From assembly GCA_031414595.1 (NCBI GenBank), contig JANNVX010000046.1, positions 1 to 48,258 of the forward strand: a stretch of 48,258 nt of DNA, written 5' to 3'. The translations under genes and the position numbers were made by a program. This DNA is from Deinococcales bacterium (GTDB taxonomy: Bacteria; Deinococcota; Deinococci; Deinococcales; JAAFIG01). The notes below the pieces were generated by a model that worked only from the letters and a program-made list of their open reading frames with translations, did not search any database and was not told the DNA's origin. This document shows, piece after piece, positions 1-10,390 of this stretch. Position 1 is the stretch's first letter; every line of letters starts with the position of its first letter.

Positions 1-1
1 A

Positions 2-121
2 CGGGCGTATAACGAGTTGTTTGCAGAACGAATTATTCGTTTGTTGCCTTTGGAATTGAGCTTCGAGAAATACATTGTGTTGCTCGAGGACGCGCTTAAT
101 CTGGGAGTTAAGACTGCGTAA
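2..121 (+). CDS. 3' end of an upstream gene (partial, product unknown)
   Basis: Open frame from the window edge: RAYNELFAERIIRLLPLELSFEKYIVLLEDALNLGVKTA*, TAA at 119-121; contains a host-type CTCGAG. Confidence 0.55.
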   Translation, partial: RAYNELFAERIIRLLPLELSFEKYIVLLEDALNLGVKTA

Positions 122-135
122 AACATTCCAGACTA

Positions 136-2112
136 TTGTTAGTGATACTTGTTGTTAGTGGCTTCATTCTTGCAAAATCAGATGTGCAAATCAGCAACAG
201 TCCTGACTGGCTCGAAACTGAGCCTGGAAGTATTCGTCAAATAGGATTTGATAAAAACCAACGAAGGATTATTAGTGCTGGTTATGATGGGACAGCACGC
301 ATAACAAATGCGGCAACTGGTCAAATTATCACTACCTTGCAAGGACACGAAGCCAAAGAAATATTATCTGCTGAATTTAGTCCTAACGGAAATTTGGCAG
401 TGACCACTTCATTTCTTGATTTCACTGTTCGAGTTTGGAATACAATTTCTGGAGACCAAACACAGGTTTTTAAGTTTGATTGGAATGTTCGTTACGCAAC
501 ATTTAGTAATGATGGATTATTTATAGCCATTGCTGGTGATTTTGAAACAATTCAATTTTTTGATATTCAAAGTAAAAAGAAGCGGTTTTCAATTCCTATT
601 GAAGATGTTGCAACCCTGATTAAATTCAGTCCTGATGGTACAAAACTGCTCGTTGCAACTCGTAGTAAAGGGTTATATCTTTTTGATTTTAAGTCCAGAA
701 AGTTAATCAAAAAGTTTGTGGGTCATACAGAAGACGTTACATCAGCTTACTTTAGTTCAGATGGAAAACTGATTTCAACTGCATCGTATGATAAGTCTGC
801 TGGAATTTGGAATGCACAGACAGGTAAACCAGTTCGTTTTTTCAAAGGATTTAAAAACTACGTTAATGATGCTGTTTTTAGCCCTGACACCACCAAAATA
901 GCAATTGCAACTTTCTATGTTATGCACATCATGAATGTCAAATCTGGAAAGGAATTAAAACGCATAAACACTACATCAATGGGTTGTCATTCTCCAATCT
1001 TTACAAAAAACGGACAGCAGTTAGTAGCGGCTTGCTCAGATGGTTATGTTCGTTTTTGGGACACTCGTACTGGCAAAGAAATTCGGGGATTTCCTGTTCA
1101 TTCTGCTGAGATTGGTTCAGTTGTAATTAATCATAGCGCAACAAAGTTTAGTGCAACAACAATTGATGGTAAAGGTTCTGTGCGTGGACTAGATGGGAAA
1201 CCGATTTTTGAACTTGGTATTGGCAATGAATCAATCTGGGTTGGGGATTTCAGTTCGGATGATAAAAAATTCGTAACAAGTGGAGATTCACCTGACATTA
1301 AGATTTGGGATTCTGGAACAGGAGGTTTGATTGGCTCGCTAGGTGGGCATCTCAAAAATGAGGGACAAAATCCGCTCAATTTCAGTATTCCACTTGCTAT
1401 ATTTAGCCCTGATAACAAACAAATTGCTACAACTTCACCTGATGGAATTATTAGGCTTTGGGATGTTGATTCACAGGAATTACGACTAGAGCTTAAAGAC
1501 AAAAAAGAACTTATTCGTAAGTTAAAGTTTAGCCCAGATGGACAATATCTCGTTAGTCAATCAAATAACAACGCTAGAATTTGGAATGTAAAAACGGGCA
1601 AAAAACTACTTACACTACCAAAACAAATCAATGACACTCCAATATTGTTTAACTCAACAAGTAATAAAGCAATGATTTTTTATGGCATTTTCGACTTAAA
1701 AACTGGTAAATGGGAACGACTGGAAAAACGAGAACCGCAACAACCAAAAAACGAAGTACCACTCATGGTTGTGGATGGATATATTGAGCAAGACGGGAAA
1801 TTCTTTAACCTTATATTCAACAGTGGTTCTGTAGGTGTATGGGATTTTGAGGGTAGATTAATTCGTAAGACAAACCTTATTGGGCATACAGATAATATTT
1901 GGTTTGCTGTTTTTGCCCCAAGAAAAAATTTATTTGCAACAGGTTCTCCTGATGGCACGGTTCGTGTTTGGGACGCAAATAATGGAAACGAATTACAACG
2001 CTTTACAAATCATGCTGGTGGAGTATCGGCTTTGGCGATAACATCTGATGATCAATATATAATTTCTGGAGCAGGAAATGGATTAAGACGCTGGACAATA
2101 AAAGCAAAATAA
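136..2112 (+). CDS. WD40-repeat beta-propeller protein (probably two propellers), likely exported
   Basis: Many GH...FSPDG...D...RxWD repeats; hydrophobic N-terminus; start uncertain (see finding at 103-138). Confidence 0.9.
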   Translation: MLVILVVSGFILAKSDVQISNSPDWLETEPGSIRQIGFDKNQRRIISAGYDGTARITNAATGQIITTLQGHEAKEILSAEFSPNGNLAVTTSFLDFTVRVWNTISGDQTQVFKFDWNVRYATFSNDGLFIAIAGDFETIQFFDIQSKKKRFSIPIEDVATLIKFSPDGTKLLVATRSKGLYLFDFKSRKLIKKFVGHTEDVTSAYFSSDGKLISTASYDKSAGIWNAQTGKPVRFFKGFKNYVNDAVFSPDTTKIAIATFYVMHIMNVKSGKELKRINTTSMGCHSPIFTKNGQQLVAACSDGYVRFWDTRTGKEIRGFPVHSAEIGSVVINHSATKFSATTIDGKGSVRGLDGKPIFELGIGNESIWVGDFSSDDKKFVTSGDSPDIKIWDSGTGGLIGSLGGHLKNEGQNPLNFSIPLAIFSPDNKQIATTSPDGIIRLWDVDSQELRLELKDKKELIRKLKFSPDGQYLVSQSNNNARIWNVKTGKKLLTLPKQINDTPILFNSTSNKAMIFYGIFDLKTGKWERLEKREPQQPKNEVPLMVVDGYIEQDGKFFNLIFNSGSVGVWDFEGRLIRKTNLIGHTDNIWFAVFAPRKNLFATGSPDGTVRVWDANNGNELQRFTNHAGGVSALAITSDDQYIISGAGNGLRRWTIKAK

Positions 2113-2159
2113 GATCACTTGTTTACGTTCGTTTCATGACATGGGGATAAATATGTTTG

Positions 2160-2501
2160 TCAACTTAGCCCCGTTGCAAACCCTGTTAATTCTCGATTGA
2201 ATGGCGTTTGAAATGCCAGCATAATATCTTCTTTGGATACGCCTTGCTCGAGTAACAGCACCGCTAAGCTCGGTTCAGTAAAATCTTGTTCTATCCAAGT
2301 TTTATTGTTGCGAATACTGGCGTGCAAAAAGCAGTGGTAGACCCGTTTTGCTCCTTGTCAACCAATTCGCATCAGTTGGTAATTATCGGTGTTGCGGTCT
2401 GTTATCACTCGAGTTTCTGCGGTGCTGTCCGCTAAATCAGTGCTTTCATTATTTTTGAGAATGTTCTCGAGCGAATCGCGGTACTGGTTTAATCTATCCA
2501 T
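2160..2501 (-). pseudogene. xisI: XisI-family protein with an in-frame TGA at the conserved Trp
   Basis: Manual translation: MDRLNQYRDSLENIL...DNYQLMRIG*QGAKRVYHCFLHASIRNNKTWIEQDFTEPSLAVLLLEQGVSKEDIMLAFQTPFNRELTGFA; matches XisI motifs GW...RV, KIWIEED, GIPKEDIVLGF; TGA at 2358-2360. Confidence 0.85.
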
Positions 2502-2680
2502 TGAGTTATCGCTGCTTTAAGTTCATCGTACACAATCACACGAATTTTGGCTTCTTGAATCACGGCTTGGGCATACTCGAGGGCAAGAATGTTTGGTGTG
2601 CCACTTGGACGGCAGGATATAACTGACGTTTCGGCTCGAATGCGCGTACCATCTTCCGTGACAAAAAGCGTTGACTTACG
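2489..2680 (-). pseudogene. xisH: XisH-family C-terminal remnant (5'-truncated, frameshifted)
   Basis: ...FEPKRQLYPAV... then a frameshift into LEYAQAVIQEAKIRVIVYDELKAAITQWID*, resembling the XisH C-terminus (EPERxLYLAV...LIVYD...IxQW); overlaps the xisI start as in intact xisHI pairs; 5' limit approximate. Confidence 0.7.
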
Positions 2681-2776
2681 AATTTTCTGTCAAGACAGTT
2701 CCTAAATACCAAATCACTCAAAAAAATTTGATCATGCTTTAAGCACCAAAGCAATTTTTGTTTTACAATGACTCGC

Positions 2777-4408
2777 ATGGCTCATCCATTGGCTGGTTTA
2801 CCCGCTCCGATTGCCCTTCTCGAGAATATCCCGCGTTTGGTGGCGGCGTATTATGGCTTTGCGCCAGACCCAAGTAACCCAGCCCAGCGTGTGGCTTTTG
2901 GAACTTCTGGGCATCGTGGCTCGAGTCTCAAAAATACCTTTAATGATGCCCATATCGCAGCCATTGCCCAAGCCACCGCCGAGTACCGCACTTTTGTGGG
3001 GATTACAGGGGTCTTGTTTATCGGCGCAGATTCTCATGCTTTGTCTGAACCAGCCTTAAACACGGCACTCGAGGTGCTGGTTGCCAATGGTGTAGAAGTG
3101 CGTTTTGATCAGGATAGAGGTTACACGCCCACACCGCTTGTTTCTCATGCGATTTTAAGCGCCAATAAAAACAGTGGGCTGCAAGCCGACGGGATTGTGA
3201 TTACCCCTTCGCATAATCCACCCGAAGACGGTGGTTTTAAGTACAACCCACCAACAGGCGGACCTGCCGACAGCACTGTCACCAAATGGATTGAAAACCG
3301 TGCTAACGCGCTGCTCGAGAACGGACTTGAAGGGGTTAAACGCATCCCTTTAAGCGCGGCACTTGAGGCAGCCCACGGCTTTGACTTCGTTACGCCGTAT
3401 GTCGAAGATTTGGTCAATGTGATTGACCTTGAAGCCATAAAAAAAGCAGGTATAAAAATCGGGGTTGACCCACTGGGTGGCTCGAGTTTACCCGTTTGGC
3501 AAAAGATTTTTGATCGCTACAACTTGGATTTAACCATCGTCAATAACCGCATAGACCCAACTTTTGCCTTTATGCGGGTGGACAAAGACGGTAAAATTCG
3601 CATGGATTGCAGTAGCCCAAGTGCGATGGCGGGTTTAATTGAATTAAAAAACAGTTTTACAGTTGCCATTGGCAATGACCCAGATGCTGATAGACACGGC
3701 ATTGTCACCCCGAGCGGTTTAATGAACCCCAATCATTTTTTGGCGGTTTGTATCAATTATTTGTTCACCCATCGCCCAGACTGGAGCGCCAACATGGGTG
3801 TTGGCAAAACCCTTGTCTCGAGCAGCCTGATAGACCGAGTGGTCAAGCGCTTAAACCGCCGACTCGAGGAAGTGCCAGTTGGTTTCAAATACTTTGTGGA
3901 TGGGCTACTGAATGCCACAATTGGCTTTGGCGGCGAAGAATCGGCGGGTGCAAGCTTCCAGCGTTTTGACGGCAGCGCGTGGAGTACCGATAAAGACGGG
4001 ATTATTCTGGGTTTATTGGCGGCTGAAATCACGGCGGTGACAGGTGAAACTCCTGATGTCCATTACGCTAAACTCGAGGCGGAATTTGGCAAGAGCTATT
4101 ACAAGCGCATAGATGCCCCAGCCACTGCCAGCCAAAAGAAAACTCTATCGAACCTCAGCCCAGAAATGGTCAGTGCCACCACGCTGGCAGGTGAAATAAT
4201 CACGGCTAAACTGACTCGAGCGCCAAGCAATAACGAGCCAATTGGTGGCTTAAAAGTCTGCACCGAAAATGCTTGGTTTACCGCCCGTCCAAGCGGCACA
4301 GAAGAACTCTATAAAATCTATGCCGAAAGTTTTATCTCCGAAAGTCATTGCGAGGCGGTACTCGAGGAAGCCAAGAAAATAGTTTCCGATGCCTTTGAAG
4401 TGGCTTAG
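2777..4408 (+). CDS. pgm: Phosphoglucomutase (alpha-D-glucose-phosphate-specific)
   Basis: [15 protein letters not shown] (phospho-Ser), DPDADR metal loop, GGEESAG; start moved to ATG 2777 because TACAAT (2764-2769) lies 7 nt upstream. Confidence 0.96.
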   Translation: MAHPLAGLPAPIALLENIPRLVAAYYGFAPDPSNPAQRVAFGTSGHRGSSLKNTFNDAHIAAIAQATAEYRTFVGITGVLFIGADSHALSEPALNTALEVLVANGVEVRFDQDRGYTPTPLVSHAILSANKNSGLQADGIVITPSHNPPEDGGFKYNPPTGGPADSTVTKWIENRANALLENGLEGVKRIPLSAALEAAHGFDFVTPYVEDLVNVIDLEAIKKAGIKIGVDPLGGSSLPVWQKIFDRYNLDLTIVNNRIDPTFAFMRVDKDGKIRMDCSSPSAMAGLIELKNSFTVAIGNDPDADRHGIVTPSGLMNPNHFLAVCINYLFTHRPDWSANMGVGKTLVSSSLIDRVVKRLNRRLEEVPVGFKYFVDGLLNATIGFGGEESAGASFQRFDGSAWSTDKDGIILGLLAAEITAVTGETPDVHYAKLEAEFGKSYYKRIDAPATASQKKTLSNLSPEMVSATTLAGEIITAKLTRAPSNNEPIGGLKVCTENAWFTARPSGTEELYKIYAESFISESHCEAVLEEAKKIVSDAFEVA

Positions 4409-4725
4409 GAATTGGCAGTGATTACAAAAGGCAAGACTTTCTGCTCGAGAATAGCAATTAACTCGGGCTGCATGTATTGGTAATGGTCTGGGATACCAAG
4501 GCAAATCACTCGCGGCTCGAATTTAGGAAAGAGGTTACGCAATTGTTTAATATGGCGTTGTTCCATCACAAAGACAATATCTGCCCACTCGAGGTCGTCA
4601 AGCCCTACCCGAGTTTCGGCATCTTTGGCTGTTCCAGCCGAACGCGTACTGGCGTACTCGGCAAAAATATGTTCAGCCGTTGGGCTGCGAAGTCGGTTTC
4701 TCGAGCAGATAAATAAAATATTCAT
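4405..4725 (-). CDS. Low-molecular-weight protein-tyrosine-phosphatase-like protein
   Basis: [15 protein letters not shown] (CX5R P-loop), [18 protein letters not shown]. Confidence 0.85.
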   Translation of the reverse strand: MNILFICSRNRLRSPTAEHIFAEYASTRSAGTAKDAETRVGLDDLEWADIVFVMEQRHIKQLRNLFPKFEPRVICLGIPDHYQYMQPELIAILEQKVLPFVITANS

Positions 4726-4810
4726 GGCATCTTGACTTTACTCAAGTTGCGTCTAAAATACATTCCTAGCGCCTCATTGTCTATCGCTGTCTTTTGCTTG
4801 GAGGATTTTC

Positions 4811-5101
4811 ATGGAAACCGTGCGCGTCTCAGGTCAGTCAAAACCCAATTCGGTGGCGGGGGCTATTGCTGCCCTGCTGCGGCTTCATGGTGAAGTCGAA
4901 GTCCAAGCCATCGGCGCAGTAGCGGTTAATCAGGCGGTCAAAGCGATTGCCATTACCAGGAGTTACTTAAGTGTGGACAACATGGATTTAATTTGCGTAC
5001 CGGCTTTTGTCAAACTCGAACTCGAAAGCGAGGAGCGTACCGCTTTGAAGTTCGTTTGCAAATCACACAAACTAGAAATTCACGAAATTCCCAAGCCATG
5101 A
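4811..5101 (+). CDS. spoVS: Stage V sporulation protein S family
   Basis: RVSGQSKPNSVAGAIA...QAIGAVAVNQAVKAIAITR; GGAGG RBS upstream. Confidence 0.93.
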   Translation: METVRVSGQSKPNSVAGAIAALLRLHGEVEVQAIGAVAVNQAVKAIAITRSYLSVDNMDLICVPAFVKLELESEERTALKFVCKSHKLEIHEIPKP

Positions 5102-6348
5102 GCCTGAATCTCGAGCCTACAGACCTTGAAATGCTGAACGGTCAGCACGGCGCAGCCTGTCAGTTTGCGATGAAATTATTGGTGCAGTATGCCCAGATGT
5201 TAGACGCTAAAAACCTGATTTCGGTGGTCGGAGCGCACATAGACGGTTGTTTATACCACGGACAAGCCAGTCTTGATTTTGCCGAGCGTTTGGTGCAATT
5301 TGGTGGAAAAGTGCGCGTTCCAACCACCTTAAATGTAGCTTCGCTTGACCGGCTGCACCCCGATTTATACCGTGGTGATGTGGTTATTGCCACCCAAGCC
5401 AGGGCTTTAATGGATGCTTATGAGGCGCTGGGTTGCACCGCAACCTGGACATGTGCGCCGTACCAACTGCCCAATCGTCCAGCCTTGGGCGAGCAGATTG
5501 CTTGGGCAGAATCCAATGCCATTGTTTTTGCCAACAGTGTCCTAGGCGCAAGAACCAATCGGTATGGAGATTTTTTAGATATTTGTGCCGCCATTACGGG
5601 GCGTGTCCCTGATGTCGGTTTGCACCAAACTGCCAATCGGCGTGGACAAATTGTTTTTTCACTCGAGCAGGTCAGTCCAGCGTGGCTCGAGGACAGTGTG
5701 TTATGCACCTTGCTTGGTTTTATTGTTGGAAAAATAGCTGGCTCGAGTATTCCTGTGTTGCTTGGGCTGCCAACTGGCACTTCTGAGGACGACTTAAAAG
5801 CCCTTGGTGCAACATCAGCTTCAAGTGGACGGGTTGCGATGTTTCATGCCGTGGGGATTACGCCCGAAGCCCCAAGTTTATCATCAGCATTGCAAGACCA
5901 AGCCCCTGAAAAAACCATTTTAATCACCGATACCGATTTACAAGAAGCACTCAATCGGTTAAATACCTTGGCAGTCGGTGCAAAACTGACCGCCATCAGC
6001 TTAGGCACACCACATTTTTCCTTAGCCGAATTTGCACGGTTAATACCGCTTTTAATGGGTTTACAGTGTCATCCAGCCCTCGAGTTTTTGGTCAGTACCA
6101 ACCGCAGCACTTTAGCCCAACTCGAGGAAAACGGCTGGTTGCAAGAATTGAAGCGTTTTGGAGCGCAAATTGTGGTGGACACCTGTACCTATATCACCCC
6201 GATTTTGCGTCAGGCAGACGGGGCAGTCATGACCAATTCGGGCAAATGGGCGCATTATGCGCCCGCCAATTTAGGCGTGACGGTGGCTTTTGGCTCACTG
6301 CGCGATTGTGTCCGTTCGGCTGTAGAAGGGCGTGTATGGCGCGAATAA
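5098..6348 (+). CDS. Aconitase X catalytic (large) subunit, DUF521
   Basis: AHIDGCLY, TCAPY, AWAESNAIVFANSVLGARTN, GTPHFS, DTC, TNSGKWAHY; start ATG 5098 overlaps the spoVS stop (ATGA). Confidence 0.9.
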   Translation: MSLNLEPTDLEMLNGQHGAACQFAMKLLVQYAQMLDAKNLISVVGAHIDGCLYHGQASLDFAERLVQFGGKVRVPTTLNVASLDRLHPDLYRGDVVIATQARALMDAYEALGCTATWTCAPYQLPNRPALGEQIAWAESNAIVFANSVLGARTNRYGDFLDICAAITGRVPDVGLHQTANRRGQIVFSLEQVSPAWLEDSVLCTLLGFIVGKIAGSSIPVLLGLPTGTSEDDLKALGATSASSGRVAMFHAVGITPEAPSLSSALQDQAPEKTILITDTDLQEALNRLNTLAVGAKLTAISLGTPHFSLAEFARLIPLLMGLQCHPALEFLVSTNRSTLAQLEENGWLQELKRFGAQIVVDTCTYITPILRQADGAVMTNSGKWAHYAPANLGVTVAFGSLRDCVRSAVEGRVWRE

Positions 6349-6749
6349 TCCATGCCAAAAGCCTTGTGGCTGGAATTGCCCAAGGCACAGCCCAAAAACT
6401 CGAGCCACTGAGTTTTTGGGGAGGTTTTGACAGCCGTACAGGGTGTGTCACCGAACCATCACATTCTGGGTACGGCATGTGTCTAAGCCAAAAAATTGTG
6501 GTCATGGAATCTGGACGCGGCTCGAGTTCCAGTTCCAGTGTGCTTGCCGAAGCCATCCGCCTAGGCACAGCCCCCGCCGCATTTTTACTGCTCGAGGTGG
6601 ACACGATTTTGGCAACTGGCGCACTGGTGGCAGCCGAATTATACCAACTCGAGTGTCCAATTATGGTTTTAACCGCCCAAGAATGGGCGCAACTCGAGAC
6701 TGGAATGCAGCTTCGCCTCGAGTCTGGCACAGTATTTATCGAGGATTGA
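6336..6749 (+). CDS. Aconitase X swivel (small) subunit, DUF126
   Basis: EPLSFWGGFDSRTG, GRGSSSSSSVLAE, APAA; ATG 6336 lies inside the listed 6066-6749 ORF. Confidence 0.88.
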   Translation: MARIIHAKSLVAGIAQGTAQKLEPLSFWGGFDSRTGCVTEPSHSGYGMCLSQKIVVMESGRGSSSSSSVLAEAIRLGTAPAAFLLLEVDTILATGALVAAELYQLECPIMVLTAQEWAQLETGMQLRLESGTVFIED

Positions 6750-6785
6750 TAGCATCGTTGTGCTTGGCGCGTTACACTGCTGACC

Positions 6786-7613
6786 ATGATTCTTGGTTTA
6801 GATTTTGGCATGACCAACCTCGATGGTGTGTTGCTCGAGCATAATGTTTTGCAACGTGGTTGGCGGATGGACTGTACCGGCGCAAGCCTTGACTCGACAA
6901 GGGCGGCACTTGGCGAAGGTGGGGTGCAACTCGAGACCCTCAAAGCCATTGGTACAACAGGCGGACGACACCGTGAACTGCCAACTTCGTTTAAGGGTAT
7001 CCCCGTGGTTAAAGTCGGCGAAGCCGATGCGGTTGGGCGAGGTGGTTTATTGATGGCGGGTCTGACCGAAGCGCTGGTGGTTTCGGCAGGCACGGGTACA
7101 GCCATGATTGCCGCAAGGGGCAAAACTTGTCAGCATGTGACGGGCAGTGCCGTGGGAGGCGGGACGCTCTTGGGTTTGGCTAAACTCTGCCTTGGGACTG
7201 CCGACCCACTCGAGATTGCCTACCTAGCGGCGCTTGGCAATCCTGCCGCAGTGGATGGCACACTTGCCGATGTGATTGGCGGTGGTATCGGTAGCCTCCC
7301 TGCTGATGCCACGGCGGTCAATCTGGGGCGAATCGTTAAACTGTCATCAGCCCCATCCCGCGAAGATTTAGCGGCGGGTTTGGTGACTTTGGTTTCGCAA
7401 GTGATTGCCGTGATTGCCTTAAATGCTGCCAAAGCCAATGGCTTAGAGCAGATTGTGATTGTCGGGCATTTACCCGACCTCGAGCCAATACAGAAAGCCA
7501 TCCACCGAGTTTGGGGATTTTATGGGGTCAGTACCCCAGCGATTATTCCGACTGACCGAGGCTACGCCACAGCCCTAGGCGCGGCACTGGTGGCAGGGGA
7601 TACGATAGAATAG
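6786..7613 (+). CDS. Fumble-family (type II pantothenate kinase-like) ASKHA kinase
   Basis: GLDFGMT, TTGG, E..AVGRG, VVSAGTGT, GSAVGGGTLLGL, ATALGA. Confidence 0.8.
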   Translation: MILGLDFGMTNLDGVLLEHNVLQRGWRMDCTGASLDSTRAALGEGGVQLETLKAIGTTGGRHRELPTSFKGIPVVKVGEADAVGRGGLLMAGLTEALVVSAGTGTAMIAARGKTCQHVTGSAVGGGTLLGLAKLCLGTADPLEIAYLAALGNPAAVDGTLADVIGGGIGSLPADATAVNLGRIVKLSSAPSREDLAAGLVTLVSQVIAVIALNAAKANGLEQIVIVGHLPDLEPIQKAIHRVWGFYGVSTPAIIPTDRGYATALGAALVAGDTIE

Positions 7614-7617
7614 AGAC

Positions 7618-8391
7618 GTGAAACCATTACTTGCCTTAAATTGGAAACTTCAAAAAGGTCCTGCCGAAAGCTACGCTTGGGGTCGGGCGCTGCTCGAGCA
7701 ACTGCCAGAAGAAATGAGCGCTGACCTCGCGGTGGTTGCACCTTCGGTCAGCTTAGACCGCCTCGGCAATGCCCTGCGTGGCTCTGAGGTGCGTTTGGGC
7801 GCTCAGGATGTCTCGCAGTATTCCAAAGGGGCGTATACAGGCGAAGTCGCGGTGCAGTGGCTGAACGAACTCGATTGTGCTTATGTGGTGATTGGGCATT
7901 CTGAGCGCCGCGAATACCACAATGAGACCGACATCATGGCTGGTGAAAAAACGGCTGTGGCAATCCGTGGCGGAGTCAAACCAATTTTATGTGTTGGCGA
8001 AAAACTCGAGACTCGAGAAGCAGGTCATGCCGAACAGTACACCCTTGGTCAACTGGAGACCGCCTTGGCATGGCTAACCCCAGAATTAGTGCAGAGTGAA
8101 TTTGCGGGTAGCCTCGAGTGGCTGACTGTGGCTTATGAACCGATTTGGGCGATTGGCACAGGCAAAACCGCTACACCAGACGATGCCGAGAACATGGGCA
8201 ACGCGATGCGAACGTGGTTTGTGGGCAAATACGGCGCAATTGCCAACGATATGCGTTTATTGTACGGCGGCAGTGTCAAACCCGATAATATCAAAGCCTT
8301 GTGTAGCCGCCAAAATGTCAACGGCGCGTTGGTCGGTGGGGCAAGTCTTGAACTCGAGAGTGTTTTGAAGATGCTCGAAGCATTGGCGTAA
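7618..8391 (+). CDS. tpiA: Triosephosphate isomerase
   Basis: NWK, GAYTGE, IGHSERR, AYEPIWAIGTG, LYGGSVKP, GALVGGASL. Confidence 0.97.
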   Translation: MKPLLALNWKLQKGPAESYAWGRALLEQLPEEMSADLAVVAPSVSLDRLGNALRGSEVRLGAQDVSQYSKGAYTGEVAVQWLNELDCAYVVIGHSERREYHNETDIMAGEKTAVAIRGGVKPILCVGEKLETREAGHAEQYTLGQLETALAWLTPELVQSEFAGSLEWLTVAYEPIWAIGTGKTATPDDAENMGNAMRTWFVGKYGAIANDMRLLYGGSVKPDNIKALCSRQNVNGALVGGASLELESVLKMLEALA

Positions 8392-8410
8392 ATTGCGGTA
8401 ACATTGCACC

Positions 8411-10390
8411 ATGCCGCTTTCCCTTGGTGTCTGCGATTACCCCGAACACATCCCAGCCGACGAATGGGCTGTGTTTCCTAAAAAAATGCGTGAGCTTGGC
8501 TTAACCTATGTGCGAATTGGTGAGTTCGCTTGGTCTAAACTCGAGCCAAGTGCAGGCAATTACCAATTTGCGTGGTTGGATGCTGCCATAGATGCGCTTC
8601 ATGCCGAAGGTTTGCGGGTGGTTCTCTGTACACCCACCGCAACCCCGCCAGCTTGGTTGGTACGCTTGCACCCCGAAATTTTACCAGTAGATGCCCACGG
8701 GCGAGTGCGTGAATTTGGCTCGAGACGACATTATGATTTCTCGAGCGATGTTTACTGGCAAGAATCGGCGCGAATTATCGAGGTACTGGCAAAACGTTAT
8801 GGCAATCATCAGGCAGTAGTGGGTTGGCAAACTGATAACGAGTATGGCTGTCACGACACCACCCGTTCGTACAGCTTGCAAGCCAAACAAAAATTTCAGG
8901 GCTGGCTCGAGAAAAAATACACTGCACTCGAGGCGCTTAATGCTGCGTGGGGCAATGTTTTCTGGTCGCAAGAATACGGTGCTTGGTCAGAGATTGGCTT
9001 ACCCAATTTAACTGTCACCGAAGCCAATCCTAGCCATGTCCTCGACTTCATGCGCTTCTCGAGTGACCAACTGATTGGCTACGACCAAATGCAAACCCAG
9101 ATTCTTCGCACCCACAGCCCAAACCGTTTTGTGACCCACAATTATATGATTTTCTTCTCGGACTTTGACCATTACAAAGCCGCCGCCCATTTGGATTTTG
9201 TGACTTGGGATAATTACCCGACGGGAATGCTCGAGTTTTTTGATACTTCCGAGGAGAACAAACTGGCGTTTGCCCGTACTGGACACCCCGATTTAATCAG
9301 TTTTAACCACGACCTCTACCGAGGACTGAAAAATAAGCCTTTTTGGGTCATGGAACAACAATGTGGTCAGGTCAATTGGTCGCCGTATAACCCTCTGCCC
9401 GCACCAAACGCAGTCCAACTCTGGACACTGCAAGCCATCAGTCACGGCGCAGATTCAGTCACTTATTTTAGATGGCAAGCCGCAAGGCAAGCCCAAGAAG
9501 ATTACCATTCGGGTTTACTCAGGCATGATGGCAGCGAAGACAGGGGCTTTTTAGAAGTCAAACGCCTCGCACCAAAATTATCAACATTGTCCGATGTCCT
9601 CGAGCCACACAAGGTTTGTCTGCTTCACGATTACGAATCCTTATGGGCATACGACGTTCAAAAACACAACGCAAGTAGTTCGTACTGGCTACAAGTCCAA
9701 TCTTTTTACACGCAACTGCGCCAAGTTGGTGTAGACCTCGACATCCAACACCCGATGTCGGACTTAAGTGCCTACGACCTGATTATTGCCCCCGCCCTCA
9801 TTGTTGGCTCACCCGAATTAGCCGCCCACCTCGAGCAGTACGCCGAAAATGGCGCAACCATTGTTTTTGGCACGCGCACTGGTTTTCGTGACCCGACTGG
9901 CGCAATCCCCAAAGAAAACCCGATGACCAAGCTGGCGGGGGTGAGGGTCAAAAACTTTGACAGCCTCCGCCTCGGACTGACCCCCAGAATCGAAGCCTTT
10001 GACCAAACGTTTGAAACCCACACCTGGAACGAATCCCTAGAAATCCTTGACCCGAACATCAGAATTCTAGGCACATACTTCGACGACCCGCTCTATAACG
10101 AGGCTGGCATCACCTACCGACCCTTAGGCAAAGGCGGCATCATCTACATTGGTGTTTGGGGTGAACGAATCCTAGGACGCACCCTCGAGTATGCCCTATT
10201 TCGGGCTGGCATCACCCACCAAGACTTAGAGCATGGACTGCGCCTGACCAAACGCGGCGGACTGGTTTACGCCCAAAACTGGACTCGAGGCGGAATTGCT
10301 CTTCCGCTAGACCCAGACACCGAATTTTTAATTGGGGACAGCTTAATCGAACCTTACGGTGTGGCGGTTTATAAAGAAGGCAAAAGTTAA
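8411..10390 (+). CDS. Beta-galactosidase, glycoside hydrolase family 42
   Basis: [48 protein letters not shown]. Confidence 0.93.
   Translation: MPLSLGVCDYPEHIPADEWAVFPKKMRELGLTYVRIGEFAWSKLEPSAGNYQFAWLDAAIDALHAEGLRVVLCTPTATPPAWLVRLHPEILPVDAHGRVREFGSRRHYDFSSDVYWQESARIIEVLAKRYGNHQAVVGWQTDNEYGCHDTTRSYSLQAKQKFQGWLEKKYTALEALNAAWGNVFWSQEYGAWSEIGLPNLTVTEANPSHVLDFMRFSSDQLIGYDQMQTQILRTHSPNRFVTHNYMIFFSDFDHYKAAAHLDFVTWDNYPTGMLEFFDTSEENKLAFARTGHPDLISFNHDLYRGLKNKPFWVMEQQCGQVNWSPYNPLPAPNAVQLWTLQAISHGADSVTYFRWQAARQAQEDYHSGLLRHDGSEDRGFLEVKRLAPKLSTLSDVLEPHKVCLLHDYESLWAYDVQKHNASSSYWLQVQSFYTQLRQVGVDLDIQHPMSDLSAYDLIIAPALIVGSPELAAHLEQYAENGATIVFGTRTGFRDPTGAIPKENPMTKLAGVRVKNFDSLRLGLTPRIEAFDQTFETHTWNESLEILDPNIRILGTYFDDPLYNEAGITYRPLGKGGIIYIGVWGERILGRTLEYALFRAGITHQDLEHGLRLTKRGGLVYAQNWTRGGIALPLDPDTEFLIGDSLIEPYGVAVYKEGKS

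Noticed and set aside
2358-2360. TGA recoded as Trp or Sec in xisI
   Set aside because: TGA is a normal stop in many genes here and the partner xisH is also broken; a nonsense mutation is simpler.
4811-5101. spoVS as evidence of sporulation
   Set aside because: SpoVS homologues are known in non-sporulating Deinococcus-Thermus.
6227-7123. Long antisense ORFs (this one, 19109-20005, 16824-17558 and similar)
   Set aside because: Shadows of well-supported genes on the opposite strand, with no recognisable motifs.
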